A stretch of 64,000 nucleotides of DNA. It comes from Orbicella franksi. Lineage: Eukaryota. The translations under genes and the position numbers were made by a program. Of this stretch, positions 11,057 to 24,209 are shown piece by piece. The DNA is taken from the NCBI GenBank assembly GCA_964199315.1, contig OZ116699.1:31062001-31126000 (forward strand), written 5' to 3'. Every line of letters begins with the position of its first letter. The first letter of the stretch is position 1. Below the pieces are notes generated by a model. The model saw only the letters and a list, made by a program, of their open reading frames with translations. It searched no databases and was not told the origin of the DNA.

Positions 11057-13204
11057 GGTTACTGTTGCTTTTTCAAATTTCTCCGGCTATTCTGGACGAA
11101 AAACAATTTATGCGTTTTCAGAGTAAAACCTTCGTTTTCAAATTTCTCCATCGTAATGTGGACGAGACCTCACAAGACAGCTACACGAAAGAAATGTACC
11201 AAGGAAGGTTTACAACGCACGTGCACGGTTTGCCATCGTTATTGTTTGCGTATATCCTTTAAAGACATCGACTGAACATTTTTCTTTTTCCTTCAAATCG
11301 CGATTAAGGTATTTGAATGTTCTAAGCTGAGTTGCTGAACTGAGAAACCTGTTCAGTATGACATAGTGGATACTTGATTGATAAAGGTCATTTGCATCTT
11401 CTTTTATTGTCAGATTAATATAGTACTTGTAGTTTGCCCGATATATGCAATCAAGTTGTTGTACATGTCGATACTGGGTGTTATCTACTATTAAAGCCTG
11501 AAAAAGTACAGATGCATTTACCATACAACGACTTCCCGTCCAAAGCTACCTAATCATACATCACGAAATCTGATTTACAATTCAGGTTGATTAGCCAAAG
11601 AAATTAAAGTTGATCAAACTAAAATGGCACAAAATAAGCGCAATTTAGTCGCAAAAGTCACAATTTCGTCATCGTTACGGCCGTTGCCAGACTAAAATTC
11701 TTATCGGGGTAATGTCAGAATAAAACGCTTCTTTTTATATTAATTTATTTTTTTCATAATGCACCGCCTCTCACAAGTTTACCGTTCAATTTCAAAAAAT
11801 ATGAAATTTACCATTTAAGGGCTTTTGGAGAACAACTTTACCTTCTTGATCAAGATTTCTTCTTTATCTTATTCAGCGCATCAGTGCTCACACTGCTTGT
11901 CCTGTATACAGAAGGTCTTGTAGAATTCTATAGACAACTGGAATAGTGACTTCTTTCGTCACCAAAGGTTCGCCATATTACTCCTAAATTCTTCTTTCAT
12001 TTGTCCGCAGTACAATTGTCCGCTGACTGGATGCATCAATGCAGACTCATGCGTGTTAAATGAAGTGTCGAAGGTTTACGAATGCAGTAAGTAGCTACCG
12101 AATGGAAAATATTATGATTCTCCTCTCCAGGGCCACCCGGTGTTTTGATTCTCATGAATTATTTTGGTATCTTGAATGAAAATATACGCATGAAGCCTAC
12201 ACCCTGCTTTTTTCCGTGCATTTTCTGTTCATATTCTGCAAGGGAAAAAGCTCAAATGACAAACGATGTCAATACAAATTTGGACTTAGCGCGGGTGGGA
12301 AATGTACATAGCAATGTACACTATCTACCGTCCATAGGCAGGCAGGCACTTTAATTCAAATCTCCATTCCAGCTCCTATGAAAAGCTGTGCTGACCTGTA
12401 CAATGCTGGTAAAACAAGCAGTGGTGTTTATACAATAGACCCTGATGGTTCAGGAGCCTTTGATGTTTTCTGCGAGCAAACAACAGCCGGTGGAGGGTGG
12501 ACAGTGCTCCAGAAGAGGATAGACGGTTCTGTTGATTTCTACCGCGACTGGGCCGACTATAAAAAAGGCTTCGGTAACCTGAATGGCGAGTTTTGGCTGG
12601 GTTTGAACAAGATACATCGCTTGACCAACAGTGATACTTTCAAGCTTCGAGTGGATCTAAAGGACTGGGAAGGAGAGACCAGATTCGCCAAGTACGACAA
12701 GTTTGCAATTGGGGATGAAGCTTCTAAGTACCGTCTGAGTCTTGGCTCATATTCAGGTACATCATACAAGTTATGAAGCTACAGCCAGGATCTAATTAAT
12801 TGATACACTTGCAAATTTTATATGTAAATGTGAATTGTGAGGAAATATAGTATGTTATTTTATGTTATATTATGGTGTAAACCGTTTAGACTTTTAAACA
12901 TTTCATCACGTATTTTTGTTATTTTGCCCCCTTTTCAGGATCGGCTGGTGATTCTCTTGCCAGGCATCGGGGTTATCCCTTTACCACCAAAGATCAGGAC
13001 AACGACAGCTTTGGTTCAAATTGTGCTGTGTCCTACAAAGGAGCCTGGTGGTACACGAGATGTCATGACTCCAATCTGAATAGCCTTTATCATGAAGGCG
13101 GACCACACTCATCACATGCTGATGGTATCAACTGGAAGCACTGGAAAGGACATAAGTACTCCATGAAACGAGCTGAGATGAAAATCAGACCAGTCAACTT
13201 CTAA
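10355..13204 (+). CDS. Secreted PAN/apple + Cys-rich + fibrinogen C-terminal domain protein, copy 1 (359 aa)
   Basis: Exons 10355-10708, 12011-12086, 12373-12756, 12939-13204; GT-AG introns, phases 0/1/1, total 1080 nt. Hydrophobic N-terminus; PAN-like [17 protein letters not shown]...CELN; FReD motifs [35 protein letters not shown]. Confidence 0.85.
10878..11169. mobile_element. MITE of the gtggacg/ttttgaaaacg family in FReD copy 1 intron 1 (5'-truncated, with an expanded A31 run at 11024-11054)
   Basis: Homologous to copies at 18856-19206, 23258-23590 and 29817-30091. Confidence 0.75.
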
Positions 13205-13864
13205 AACTGGCGTGTTCTTGGTTTGCCTTGCACATTATAAACGACTCTATTCTCACACAGTTTAATAACCATCGATTCATTATAGTGCCTTGAAATATGA
13301 ACAAACCTATTAGAGCTTTTAAGCACTGACGATTCCCGTCAGTCTTCGTTGATAATCCAGGCCTGGTCAATCGATAATGTATTCTTCAGCAATATCGACT
13401 GAACAAATCAACAATAACTATTTAACCATCTATCATTTTTTTTCCCGGACAATGAGACTGGAGGGTTTTACACTGCAACTCTTGCCTGAGCTCTTTCCGG
13501 TGTCGTAGACTAACAAAGTAGGATGTAAAGCCCAAGATGTTTCTGTTATTAGTTGTTTCTGTTCCCGTTATTTTGTTGATGAATGTTAAAGATGCGCTTA
13601 TTATGAAGGTCAAATGACTCAATAAAACCATTACAGAGAGATTTTGTAAGTTACTTTATCAGCGTAACTTGTAAAAGGACAAAAAAAATTTCTGACAACT
13701 ATCGATACCGATCAATACCAATCGATGAATCAATCGTTGTCGATTACCATCGGCAATCGCTAACAATCGAACTCACAACAAATAACAAATTAAATCATCA
13801 TGATATATGTGAAAAAGGTGTGATTTTTACAAGTACTGAAAGAAAAAGGTTATTCAAGCGCAAT

Positions 13865-14020
13865 GAATTCCATGTTGCCGTGCGTCTGTTCAGTAATAGA
13901 TCACTGATAACGTCAAAATGTGGCGAGAACAAAAACGTGACATAAGAGGCGATAGCCGAGTGTGTCACTGATGTTCTTACCACATTTTGATGTCTTCTGT
14001 GATCTATTACTGAACAGACG
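13865..14020. mobile_element. Palindromic MITE
   Basis: Inverted arms ctgttcagtaatagatcac...acgtcaaaatgtgg and ccacattttgatgtc...gtgatctattactgaacag. Confidence 0.7.
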
Positions 14021-14914
14021 GGCGCCGAACTGCGAAATCTCCAAATCTTGAAAGAAAATGCTGGAATGTTAAGTGTTTGTCATCAGAGCAACCCTGTGAG
14101 CCGAAAAGCTTGAACGTTGCCTTGGATATAGCAGGAGCTAAAAAATACGCTTGGAAACCTTGCGGTTGCGGTCAACACTGGAGGCCATTTGATTCGAGTT
14201 TTGAATGAAAGGAGCGTTATAGACGGTGGAAATTTGTGACTTCTGTGGTTGGTGATTCTCAAATCAGCTTACCGTATAGTATCGGAGACACCTTTTGGCT
14301 TATGGCTGCGATACAATTGGCCGCGAGTTGTAGTGTGCTATACTTTGCTCGCTCCTGTGCCCTGAAACGGACTGGAACATTCGCGTCGGAAAGCAAGGTT
14401 ATGTATTTATTTTAACTGATTTTAAGAAGTGATGTTTTAACGTTTCATTCCTGAAATCAATCTGCGTCAACAATTATCTTGAGACTAAGAAAAGTTGAAT
14501 TTTTTAAACCAATTAACCTCATAAACATTTTGTTGATTGGGTCGACTGAGACTGCTCGAGTATATTTTTTGAGTCATTTTCTTAAAAAAAAGAACGGCTT
14601 TTTCTTCTTCCTCCTGCTTTTCGTACCTGATCAATGCCTCGACAAGACGTTTTTGTACTAGCCTGCAGAACAGGTGGATTAGCGGTCAGAGAGCGAAACG
14701 CGATACAGAAACCTTATCTTTCGCCCAGTCACGTAAAATATTAGCTACATTCTCAAAAGTTTCCGCTATTTTAAAACACAGAACAAGAGAATCTCTAACA
14801 CAGACGGAAAAACTTTGTAATGATGACGTTAATCGTGCGTCTGTCCTCTAATAGATCATAGGCGAGAACCAATCAAAATACGAGAATAATCTGGGTTTTT
14901 TTATGTAATTAATA

Positions 14915-15090
14915 AATTTGACGTCAGATTTTCATGCGTCTGTCCTGTTATGGATAATGAATTTCGTCATACAATTGTCAAAGTGGCTGTGGATCTACGA
15001 GGCGATCCGCAGACTACTTTGACAATGTTATGGCGAAATTGAGTGTCAATAACAGGACAGACGCATGAAAAACTGACGTCAATTTGTTTT
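14915..15090. mobile_element. Palindromic MITE
   Basis: Inverted arms ttgacgtcag.ttttcatgcgtctgtcctgttat and ataacaggacagacgcatgaaaaactgacgtcaa. Confidence 0.75.
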
Positions 15091-15479
15091 TTAAAATAAC
15101 AACATCCCTTACAATCTCATGGGTCTGTCCGCTTATTGACGATGAAAATTAGCCAATGAGCGCACGAGAGTTTCTGCAGTTATTGTAAAATTGTGTTCAA
15201 ACCCAACTGTCCCGACACCCATTCGGAAAAGAAGACAATGGATGTATTTGTGACTCACCAGGCCCTTAAATTTTGCTGTTCCCCGTTGATATACTCACGA
15301 ACGTTTTGTAAACAGACTTCTTTCGGTTCCCTCCCTTGGTTGAGCTTTAGTGAACGATATAACTTAGTGTCTATCCGGAAATAGTAAGGCCCTCAGATTT
15401 GACCTAAAAGTGTCAAATCAGTGTAACTTAAACTAGTATGGGATCATCTAGGACATCATATGATCATTTTTCATCACCA

Positions 15480-15980
15480 CTGTTTCTTGGTAGGAGTTTT
15501 GCGTTTCGGACCGTTTTCATGTACCGTTTACGTGGACATAATTCGTTTTTTTGTTTTCGAAAATTCAAAGTTCGAGTGCCGTATAACAAACTGTATCCTA
15601 GCATAAATATTTGGTCCAGGATTTAACACAGCATCGCCTAATAGTAGTAAAATAGGTCTGAATGCAGAGTCTGAATTATTGTATACGTAACAAGTTGTAT
15701 GAGCCCTTGGACTTTTGACCCTGATAGGTCTGACAGTAATTTTCGCGCGGAACCACCATTTCGTATTGTTATCCTTGCGAAGGAAGAGGTTGACTAAGCG
15801 AGCTGATGTAAGCAAGTACTCGACTAGAAACTTGCCACAGCTAAATATCCCTTTTTTTAAAACTAGCTGCTACTGGCCAGAGAACATATCATTATAAGAC
15901 TGTCTGAAACTCTTTAGAGTCTACCTTACGTTTTTGAGAATCCAGTAGCATTTTAAAAAAGACCCCGAGGCATAAACGTT
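15480..15980 (-). mobile_element. 5' fragment of a CR1/L2-type LINE ORF2 with a decayed 2A-like motif
   Basis: ORF 15815-15528 contains YNNSDSAFRPILLLLGDAVLNPGP; a paralogous copy lies at 22020-22530. Confidence 0.6.
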
Positions 15981-16634
15981 TAAGAAAATTCTTAGCTTCC
16001 TAGATTATTGACTAACTTCGGGGCGGAAAAACGCGGAGCTCCTGATTACAGTAAGTTAACCTGGCATTAGCGAGCGATCCAATCGAAAACCAGTACTTCA
16101 AAAAACACGTGAGCTCAAGTAGCTAAAAACCTGAGCCCGCGATATGGTCAAGTGATACTGGTCGGATACCTTGTTTTGACAGCTGTCAATTAGCAATAAC
16201 ATGAATCCAACATCAAAGACGTACCTATGTTTGTGGTGCTACTCTTTACTGCTACTCTTATTTTTCAAGGTGAAGGGATCGGCTCGCGCAGGCGCAGTGC
16301 AAGTAGCGTACGCACAATCACGTGACAACCGAGTTTTTGGGCCCTGGTTACCAAAGACTCTAAGGTATGAAGCTCCGCTTGCGCGACTTCCACGGGCAGG
16401 AGCTCCGCTATAATTGTAAATTTTAAAGTTATTGTTCCTGAAAAGCTCTGGTGGAGACGAGAGGTATGTAGTTCTTCTAAAAGCCTAAAAAAACAATGCA
16501 CGTTTATAGTGTTCAGAGCTTTTTTACCAGTGTTACTCAGTAAAAATTAAAGTTCGGTCTAAAAGAAAAAGAAAACGAAATAGTATTGTTACTAAAACTT
16601 TCTAAAGCATTTAAGATTTTGGAAAGTGCATGAA

Positions 16635-16783
16635 AGGATGGACCAGCATCTCATCCAGGGGGGTGTAGAAATACTCCTAGTCGTTTCATACCACAGAAAC
16701 TGGGAGAAGCTCCGGCCTGATGGGCCACTGGGCTCTTATACAGACTTAACGTTACGTTACGTTACCTCGCCTTACCCTACCTT
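16635..16783 (+). mobile_element. SINE 3' fragment with a (TTACG)n-like tail
   Basis: gatggaccagcatctcatccaggggggtgtagaaatactcctagtcg...gcctgatgggccac followed by a simple-repeat tail; recognised as a common anthozoan SINE end, no search run. Confidence 0.55.
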
Positions 16784-16804
16784 GTGATGCGTTCCTTTAC
16801 GTTA

Positions 16805-17385
16805 TATAAACAATAACCTCCATTTGGTGCCAAAATATGCGCGAATATTTGTCTCAACACATTATCTGTTCGAGAAACGAACAGTTTTCCGTGAGCTTTG
16901 ACGAGCAGATGATTTCCAAGGACAATTTTCCGAATTCATTATATAACTGAGAAAACTACTTCATTGTGATTGGGTGAGAGGAGGCACATGTATCGTTAAC
17001 TTTTAATTTGCACTGCAGTGATTTTTCCGGCCACATTTAATATAAATGAGTAATCGTATGAAAGCTCAATCAATTAAGTATTTACACTACGAGTGATATT
17101 TGAAAATCCTTTCAAATTGAACTCGCCTAAAGACCCCTGCAGTTTGAGTGGATTTTCAAGTGTAAATCCTTAATTACACTCGCATTCATACGATTACTTA
17201 TACATATTTTCGCACCAAATGTAGGCTATTGTGCTTATTATCCTTCAAACATTTTTGGTAACGCGCGTCGTTTTGAAAATTGGGGAATATCACTCGAATA
17301 TTCCCCATCTTTGGCGAGGGCATATTCAGTCACGTGACGTGTTTAGACCAGTCGTGGGCGGGCAAAAATATTGATGGATTATAAG
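16805..17385. mobile_element. Interspersed MITE-like repeat with a nested second repeat
   Basis: aaacaataacctccatttggtgccaaaatatg (16810) is inverted relative to catattttcgcaccaaatgtaggctattgt (17203); unrelated sequence lies between. Confidence 0.5.
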
Positions 17386-17511
17386 TTTTGATCATGATAT
17401 GCCAACAACGTTGAAGGCACTGAACACTGTCGGAGGGTCTCACCTTTCTATCTACAGAGGCTCTTTAAAAGAAATGTTAAAGAACATAGACTTCAGAATA
17501 GTCCCTTTAAA

Positions 17512-17514
<3 letters not shown>

Positions 17515-17546
<32 letters not shown>
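17515..17546. repeat. Poly(A) run (32 nt)
   Basis: Read directly from the sequence. Confidence 0.95.
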
Positions 17547-17548
<2 letters not shown>

Positions 17549-18180
17549 AAAAGAAAAGAAAAGAAAACACGTTTATAGTGTTAAGAGCTTACCATTTCTA
17601 TCAGTGTAATTAAAAATTACAATTCGATCTAAATAAATATTTTTTGCAGCGCGATTAATAAAATTAGATTTCTAAATCAATAAAGATTTTACAAAGTTCG
17701 TTTTCACTAGAAACCGGCGTCCAACCGCCTGTTTATAGAGCCTTAAAAATTTTGATGAATGTGAATATATCAGTAGACAATAGTATCGAAAAATTAATCA
17801 TTTTCATTTTTTCTATGCTTCACTATAAAAGATATCCTAATCTACATATCTGTAAGGAATGAATGCTAGAATTTAACTGGACATTTATTCGTTTACTTTA
17901 CGCAGCTTGGGTGTAATATTACATCATCTTGCAAAATCACTTTGGATCCAAAAAGTTGTCTGTGTCGTCCCTTATTGATAACCTGCCCATGCTTGGAGCC
18001 TTGTATGTTGAAACCCTTCTGAGAAGTGCTTAAGCAACCTTAAGTAAAGATTAATTTGAGTTTCCATCACAGTATGTTTCCACAACATAACAATAGTAAA
18101 ACATATTTCAGTTACGCTTCATACATTATTAAAACACAAGTAGTGCAAGATGTTTGATGGAGTGAATACAGGACTTCAAA

Positions 18181-21004
18181 ATGAAATTTTCATTTTTCCT
18201 TTCTGCAGTTTTTGTGTCTAAAATTTTCACATCTCGAGTAATTGCTTCGGACGAGAACTCACTGTCCCGGCTTGTTCTGACTCGTTATCATCGCCGACTC
18301 AAAGGCTTCACTTTTAACACATTTCACTCTGCTAGTCTGGTATCTTGTGCTTTGCAGTGTCAGAGAAACCCTCGGTGCTTTTCAACAAATTTTCGCAAAG
18401 CTTCGACTTTTGAGGAGACAGACGGAATTTGCGAGTTGAACGACAGAGGAGTTATGCCGCCTCAAGCTATCAAAGGAAGGGAGTTTGTACATGACAAAGA
18501 AACAGTTTATTCTCAATTTTACGACAGGAAGGTAAAAACAAATGTGCTGCTATGATATACAAAACAAAATGATGCTTTGAGCGTACAAAGTTTCGGGGAG
18601 GTTCAGTAACCACAGCGGCAAGGCCGAGGACAACGTCGATTAAATTTAATTTATATTCTACGAAATAATTTCGCTATTTTCTGAATATGTTTAATATCTC
18701 ATTTCAGTATTAGAACTATCCTCAGCTAGGTATGTAAAGACATCGCTCCGTTCCAACCAGAACTGTTGTTTATTAGTTTCGCGTCATGGCTGATGTCCTC
18801 CAGAAAAAAAGCAAGATTTGGTTATCTTACGTTGTTGTTTCCTCAGAAGACAGTTAAATACACTATGGCGAAGAAATTTGAAAACACAGCTTTATTTCTT
18901 CGGTTAGGCCTACCGTCCACACTTATCCGCCAACAAAACGGAGCTTTTGAAAAACCCTCTTCGAAACGCCGGCTTTGAGTTTAAGTGTGGACGCAAAAAA
19001 ATAGGAAAACGGAGCTTTTCAAAAAGGATGACATTACGATAAGGATCTCATTTCCTTGCCCGAGTTTTCCTCAACAAAAATCGGAGAGGAACGGTGTTTG
19101 CTGCCTTTTCAAATTTCTCCGGCGTAGTGTGGACAGAAAACATGCAATGCGTTTTCAGAGTAAGAAAGCCGTTTTCAAATTGCTCCGGCGTAGTGTGGAC
19201 GACGCCTCACAAGACAGCTACCTGTAAGAAATGTACTAATGAAGGTTTACAACGTACGTGCATATATTGAATGGTCTGCCATCGTTGTGGCTTGCATATA
19301 TCCTTAAAGACATGGACTGAACCTTTTTCTCTCTCCTTCAAATCACAAGTAAGGTGTTTGAATGTCTTAAGCTGAGTTACTAAAACATCTTGTTCAGTTT
19401 GGCATTGTGGATAGTTGATTGGTAAGGGTCATTTGCATTTTCTTTTATTGTCAGATTATATATAGTACACGACTGTAGTTTGCCCGAAATATGCAATCAA
19501 GTTGTTGTACATGTCGAAACTAAGTGTTATCTAACATATAAACCCTGAGAAAAGTACAGATGTGTTTACCACACAACGACTTCTCGCCGTCCAAAGCTAG
19601 CTAATCATACATCATGAAATCTGATTTACTTATGACTTACAGAATTCTATAGAGAACTCGAATAGTTACTTGTTACTTTTCATCCCCAAACGTTCGCCAT
19701 ATTACTCCTAAATTCTTCTTTCATTTGTCCACAGTACAATTGTCCGCTGACTGGATGCATGAATGCAGACTCATGCGTGTTAAATGAAGTGTCGAAGGTT
19801 TACGAATGCAGTAAGTAGGTACCGAATGGAAAATATTATGGTTCTTGTCTCCAAAGTCGCTTGGTGTCTTAATTGTCATGAATTATTTTGTGTATCTTGA
19901 ATAAAAATATACGCATGAAACCTTCACCCTGCTTCTGTCCTTTCATTTACTCTTCATATTCTGCGAGGGGAAAAGCCCAAGCAGACAAAAGATGTCACTA
20001 CAAATTTGGACTGAGCGCGGGTGGGGAATGTACCTAACACTCTGCACTATCTACCGTCCATAGGCAGGCAGTCACTTTAATTCAAATCTCCATTCCAGCT
20101 CCTATGAAAAGCTGTGCTGACCTGTACAATGCTGGTAAAACAAGCAGTGGTGTTTACACAATAGACCCTGATGATTCAGGAGCCTTTGATGTTTTCTGCG
20201 ACCAAACGACAGCTGGCGGGGGGTGGACAGTGTTCCAGAAGAGAATAGACGGTTCTGTTGATTTCTACCGCGACTGGGCCGACTATAAGAAAGGCTTCGG
20301 TAACCTAAATGGCGAGTTTTGGCTGGGACTGGACAAGATACACCGCCTAACCAACAGTGATACTTTTAAGCTTCGAGTGGATCTGGAGGACTGGGAAGGA
20401 GAGACCAGATTTGCCGAATACGACATGTTTGCAATTGGGGATGAAGCTTCTAAGTACATTCTCAGTCTTGGATCATATTCAGGTACATCCTTCAAGTTAT
20501 GAAGCTACAGCCAGGATCTAATTTTGCGACCTCTTTTCGTGCATTGCTAGTAAACGTTAACCGAACATATTTCAGTCTATACACGCTGTTAAACACAGCA
20601 GAAAAACAAATTTATAAACTAGTTGATTTTATCTGTCAATGTAAATTGTGGCGAAATATAGAATGTTGTGTTCTGGTGTAAACGTATGAACTTTAAACCA
20701 TTTCATTATCAATATTCATGATTTTGTGTGCTTTTCAGGATCGGCTGGTGATTCTCTTGTTAGGCATCGTGGTTATTCTTTTACAACCAAAGATCAGGAT
20801 AACGACTGTTGGGGTAAAAACTGTGCTGTGATCTTCAAAGGAGCCTGGTGGTACTGGGAATGTCATTACTCTAACCTGAATAGTCTGTATCATCAAGGTG
20901 GTGAACACTCATCATATGCTGATGGTATCAACTGGATGCACTGGAAAGGATATCACTACTCCATGAAACGAGCTGAGATGAAAATCAGACCAGTTAACTT
21001 CTAA
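18181..21004 (+). CDS. Secreted PAN/apple + Cys-rich + fibrinogen C-terminal domain protein, copy 2 (358 aa)
   Basis: Exons 18181-18531, 19735-19810, 20099-20482, 20739-21004; GT-AG introns, same phases as copy 1, total 1077 nt, no stops. Confidence 0.85.
18856..19206. mobile_element. MITE (gtggacg/ttttgaaaacg family) in FReD copy 2 intron 1
   Basis: Same family and equivalent intronic position as 10878-11169 and 23258-23590. Confidence 0.75.
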
Positions 21005-22019
21005 AACTGGTGTGTTTTTGGTTTGCCTTGCACGTGTGAATGACTCTTTTGTCACACAGTTTTATAACATTTGGCTCACTGTACTGCTTTGAAACATTAT
21101 AAGTTGCTTCAAGAGTCTAGATAACAAACCTGTTAGAACTTTTAGGCACTGACGATTCCGGTCTTCGTTGTTGCTCCTGGGTGATACTATATAAGAAAGT
21201 GTAGTTAGCTGGCACCAAGTTAGTTATTTTCACCAAATTAAACCATCGTGATATATGTGAAAAAAGGTGTGATCTTTACAACAAGGACTGAAGGAAAAAA
21301 CGGTTACTGGAACGCAAAATGTAATGTCTTCGACCCCAACTGTCGCGACTCTCATTTCCAAAAGAAGACAGTGGATGTATAATTGATTAAATATGCAGTT
21401 ACATTTTTCTGTTCCCCGTTGACATATTCTCGAGCCTTTTGTAAATAGACTTCTTTCGGTTCCCTCCCTTGGTTGAGCTTTACTGAACTATATAACTCAG
21501 TGTCTAGCCGGAAAAGAGGAAGTCTGCTATAAGCCCACAGATTTTCGGTCTAACTTAGACTAGTATGGAGTCATCTGGAATATGATCCCGCATTTCAGAT
21601 TTCAATTCGGTTTCCAAGCGTTCGTCGCGATTGTTTTGATCTTGGGTGATCTTAGGAAGTCTTTGGTCTTCGCAAGTTTATGGAACTTGCACAAGGCTTG
21701 GTCCATAAACTTGCAACAACAAAAAACAACAAAATCAAAACAACAAAATCAAAAAACTCTACTAATATTGGTCTAATAAGGATCTTAGTAGCTTGTTCTG
21801 AATAAAATTTTTTTGGGGGATCTATGGTCGAAACGTCGTCGGATGTTCTCCAAAATCTGCATAAATGTTCAAAACTGATTGGGAATGATGTAATGACATT
21901 TGGATAATCTTGCTAGAAAATCTTCCTTCCTTCGAATCCTTGTTAAGCCGTGGTGCTTTTTTTTTTGCAAACTCACTGTCAAAGCAAACCAAATATGAGG
22001 CAAATCTGAGCGATCTGAT

Positions 22020-22530
22020 GGGTTTTTTCTGGGTAGGGGTTTTGCCATAAAGAACGTTTTCATGTACCGTTTACACTGTCATAAGTCGTGCTTTATTATT
22101 ATTTTTTAACGAAAATTCAAGGTTTCAGTGCCCTATAATAGAGTACTTCCTAGTATACATATTTGGTCGAGGATTCAACTCAGGATCGTATAATAGTTGT
22201 AAAATAGGTCTGAATGCTGAGTCTGAATTGTTGTATACGTAACAAGTTGTATGAACCCTTGGGCTTTTGACCCAGATAGGACTGACAGTAATTTCCACGC
22301 GGAGGCGCCATTCGGTTTTGTGATCCTTGCGAAGGAACAGGCTCACTAAGCGAGCTCATAGAAGCAAGTACTCGACTAGAAACTCGCAACAGCTAAATAT
22401 CCCCCTTTTAAAATCCAGCTGCTAGTGGCCAGAGAACTGAACATATCATTATAATACTGTCTGAAACTCTTTAGAGTCTACCTTAAAATTTTGCGAATCC
22501 GGTAGCAACTTTTACGAACCCATCAAAATT
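22020..22530 (-). mobile_element. Second copy of the CR1/L2-type LINE 5' fragment
   Basis: Aligns with 15480-15980; reads YNNSDSAFRPILQLLYDPELNPRP. Confidence 0.6.
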
Positions 22531-23257
22531 CTTAGCTTCTAAGAAAATTGACCAAGGTCGTTTAATGATTGGAATTTTAACTCGGGCCTCCGTAGGAAAG
22601 CCCGAGTCTTAAAATGCAAGCGTTTTGGTCGCCAAAACGGGGGTTATGGTCTCAGGCGTTTCACGCGTAAACCGTGGAAACCGGGTACGAGATATGCAAA
22701 ACAAAACAATGCTGTGTATGTACAACTGAAGTACTGGGGGGTTTCAGCAACCACAGCAGCAAGGCCGAGGACAACGTCGATTTAATTTTATCCATATCCT
22801 ACGAAATATCTTCACGATTCTCTGAATCTGTTTAGTTTGTTTGTCGGTATTAGAACTGTATTTCTTAAACTCATAAAATTTATCTCGTTTAAACAAGGGA
22901 AATCATCACCGTGACGGTGTTCAGATATCTGATCTTTATTACCATAGATCTTTAAGATTTTATTTCTCCGTTTTCTTCTTGTAGTTGTTAGTTTCGATTG
23001 ACAAGATATACCAAACACTCAAGACCGTGTTTGACCACGTTACGAAACACCCGGAATTTCGTCAAAAATACTCCACTGCGTGTCGTGGTTTCAACTCTCT
23101 GCTCGGTGTTTGAAAATGTGGTCATATACGGTCTTTCGTGTTTGATATAGTACTCTGTTAGCAGCTAGCTATGTAAAGACATCGTTCGATTCCAACTAGA
23201 GCCATTGTTGATTTATTTCTCGTAATGGCTGACTTTCTCCAGGAAAAGCAAGATTTG

Positions 23258-23590
23258 GGCGCGTCCACTCTAGGCCTGAGAAATTTGAAAACTCAACGTG
23301 ACATCTACGGTTAGGCCTGCCATCCACACTCAGTATAATCCGTCAAAAAAATGGAGCTTTTCTAAAACGCTCTTCAAACCGGATGAATCTGAAAACCCCG
23401 CCGTTGCGTTCTAATGTGGGGGGAAAAATTTTGAAAACGGAGCTTTTCGAAAACTATGACGTCACTATAATCATGCAATTTCCCTGCCCGAGTTTTCCTT
23501 CAACACAAATCCAAAATGGCCGCTGATTGTTGCCAAAATGAGCAGTGATTGTTGCGTTTTCAAATCTCTCCGGCGTACTGTAGACAGGCG
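23258..23590. mobile_element. MITE (gtggacg/ttttgaaaacg family) in FReD copy 3
   Basis: Starts ggcgcgtccactctaggcctgagaaatttgaaaac and ends ccggcgtactgtagacaggcgc. Confidence 0.75.
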
Positions 23591-24209
23591 CACTGTAAAA
23601 TTTTAACCGAGGTAATATCAGAAGAAAACGCTTTTTTTTGTATTGATTTATTTTTTTCAAATGCGCAGCCTCTGACGCGAACTTGTCGAAACTTGAAATA
23701 AATATATAAATTCCAAACTTTTTACCGATGTTAGGGCCTCGGGTCGCCTGTTAATAGCTATGGCCCTGAGAGTGGTATGGTCTGCGAGGCAACTATATTT
23801 GTGTTTCAGATATTTTCTGCCGAGGTTTAGTTAATTTTGGCCACGCCTACAAACATCTTGTGTCAACTGGTGAATAAGCTAAGCGAACCTAGAGCTCTCT
23901 TGTCCTGTCTGATCGGGCTTTTTAGCCTAGAGTTTTTTCATTGGATGGAAATTTTGTTGCCTGCGTCGTCTTACGAATTGCCGGCGGCGAAATGAAGTAG
24001 CATTGGAACTTATCCGGCACGAACATTCCCACAAGTTTGGTGCTCAATTACAAAAAATATGGAATGTACCATTCAAAAGACACCTTTAAGTTTTGATAAA
24101 GATTGCTACTTGTTAATTTTCATCCACATAGAGATGGTAACTTGTTAATTTTCATCCACAAACGTTCGCCACATTCGATCTCCTTTATTCTCCTTTCATT
24201 TGCCTACAG

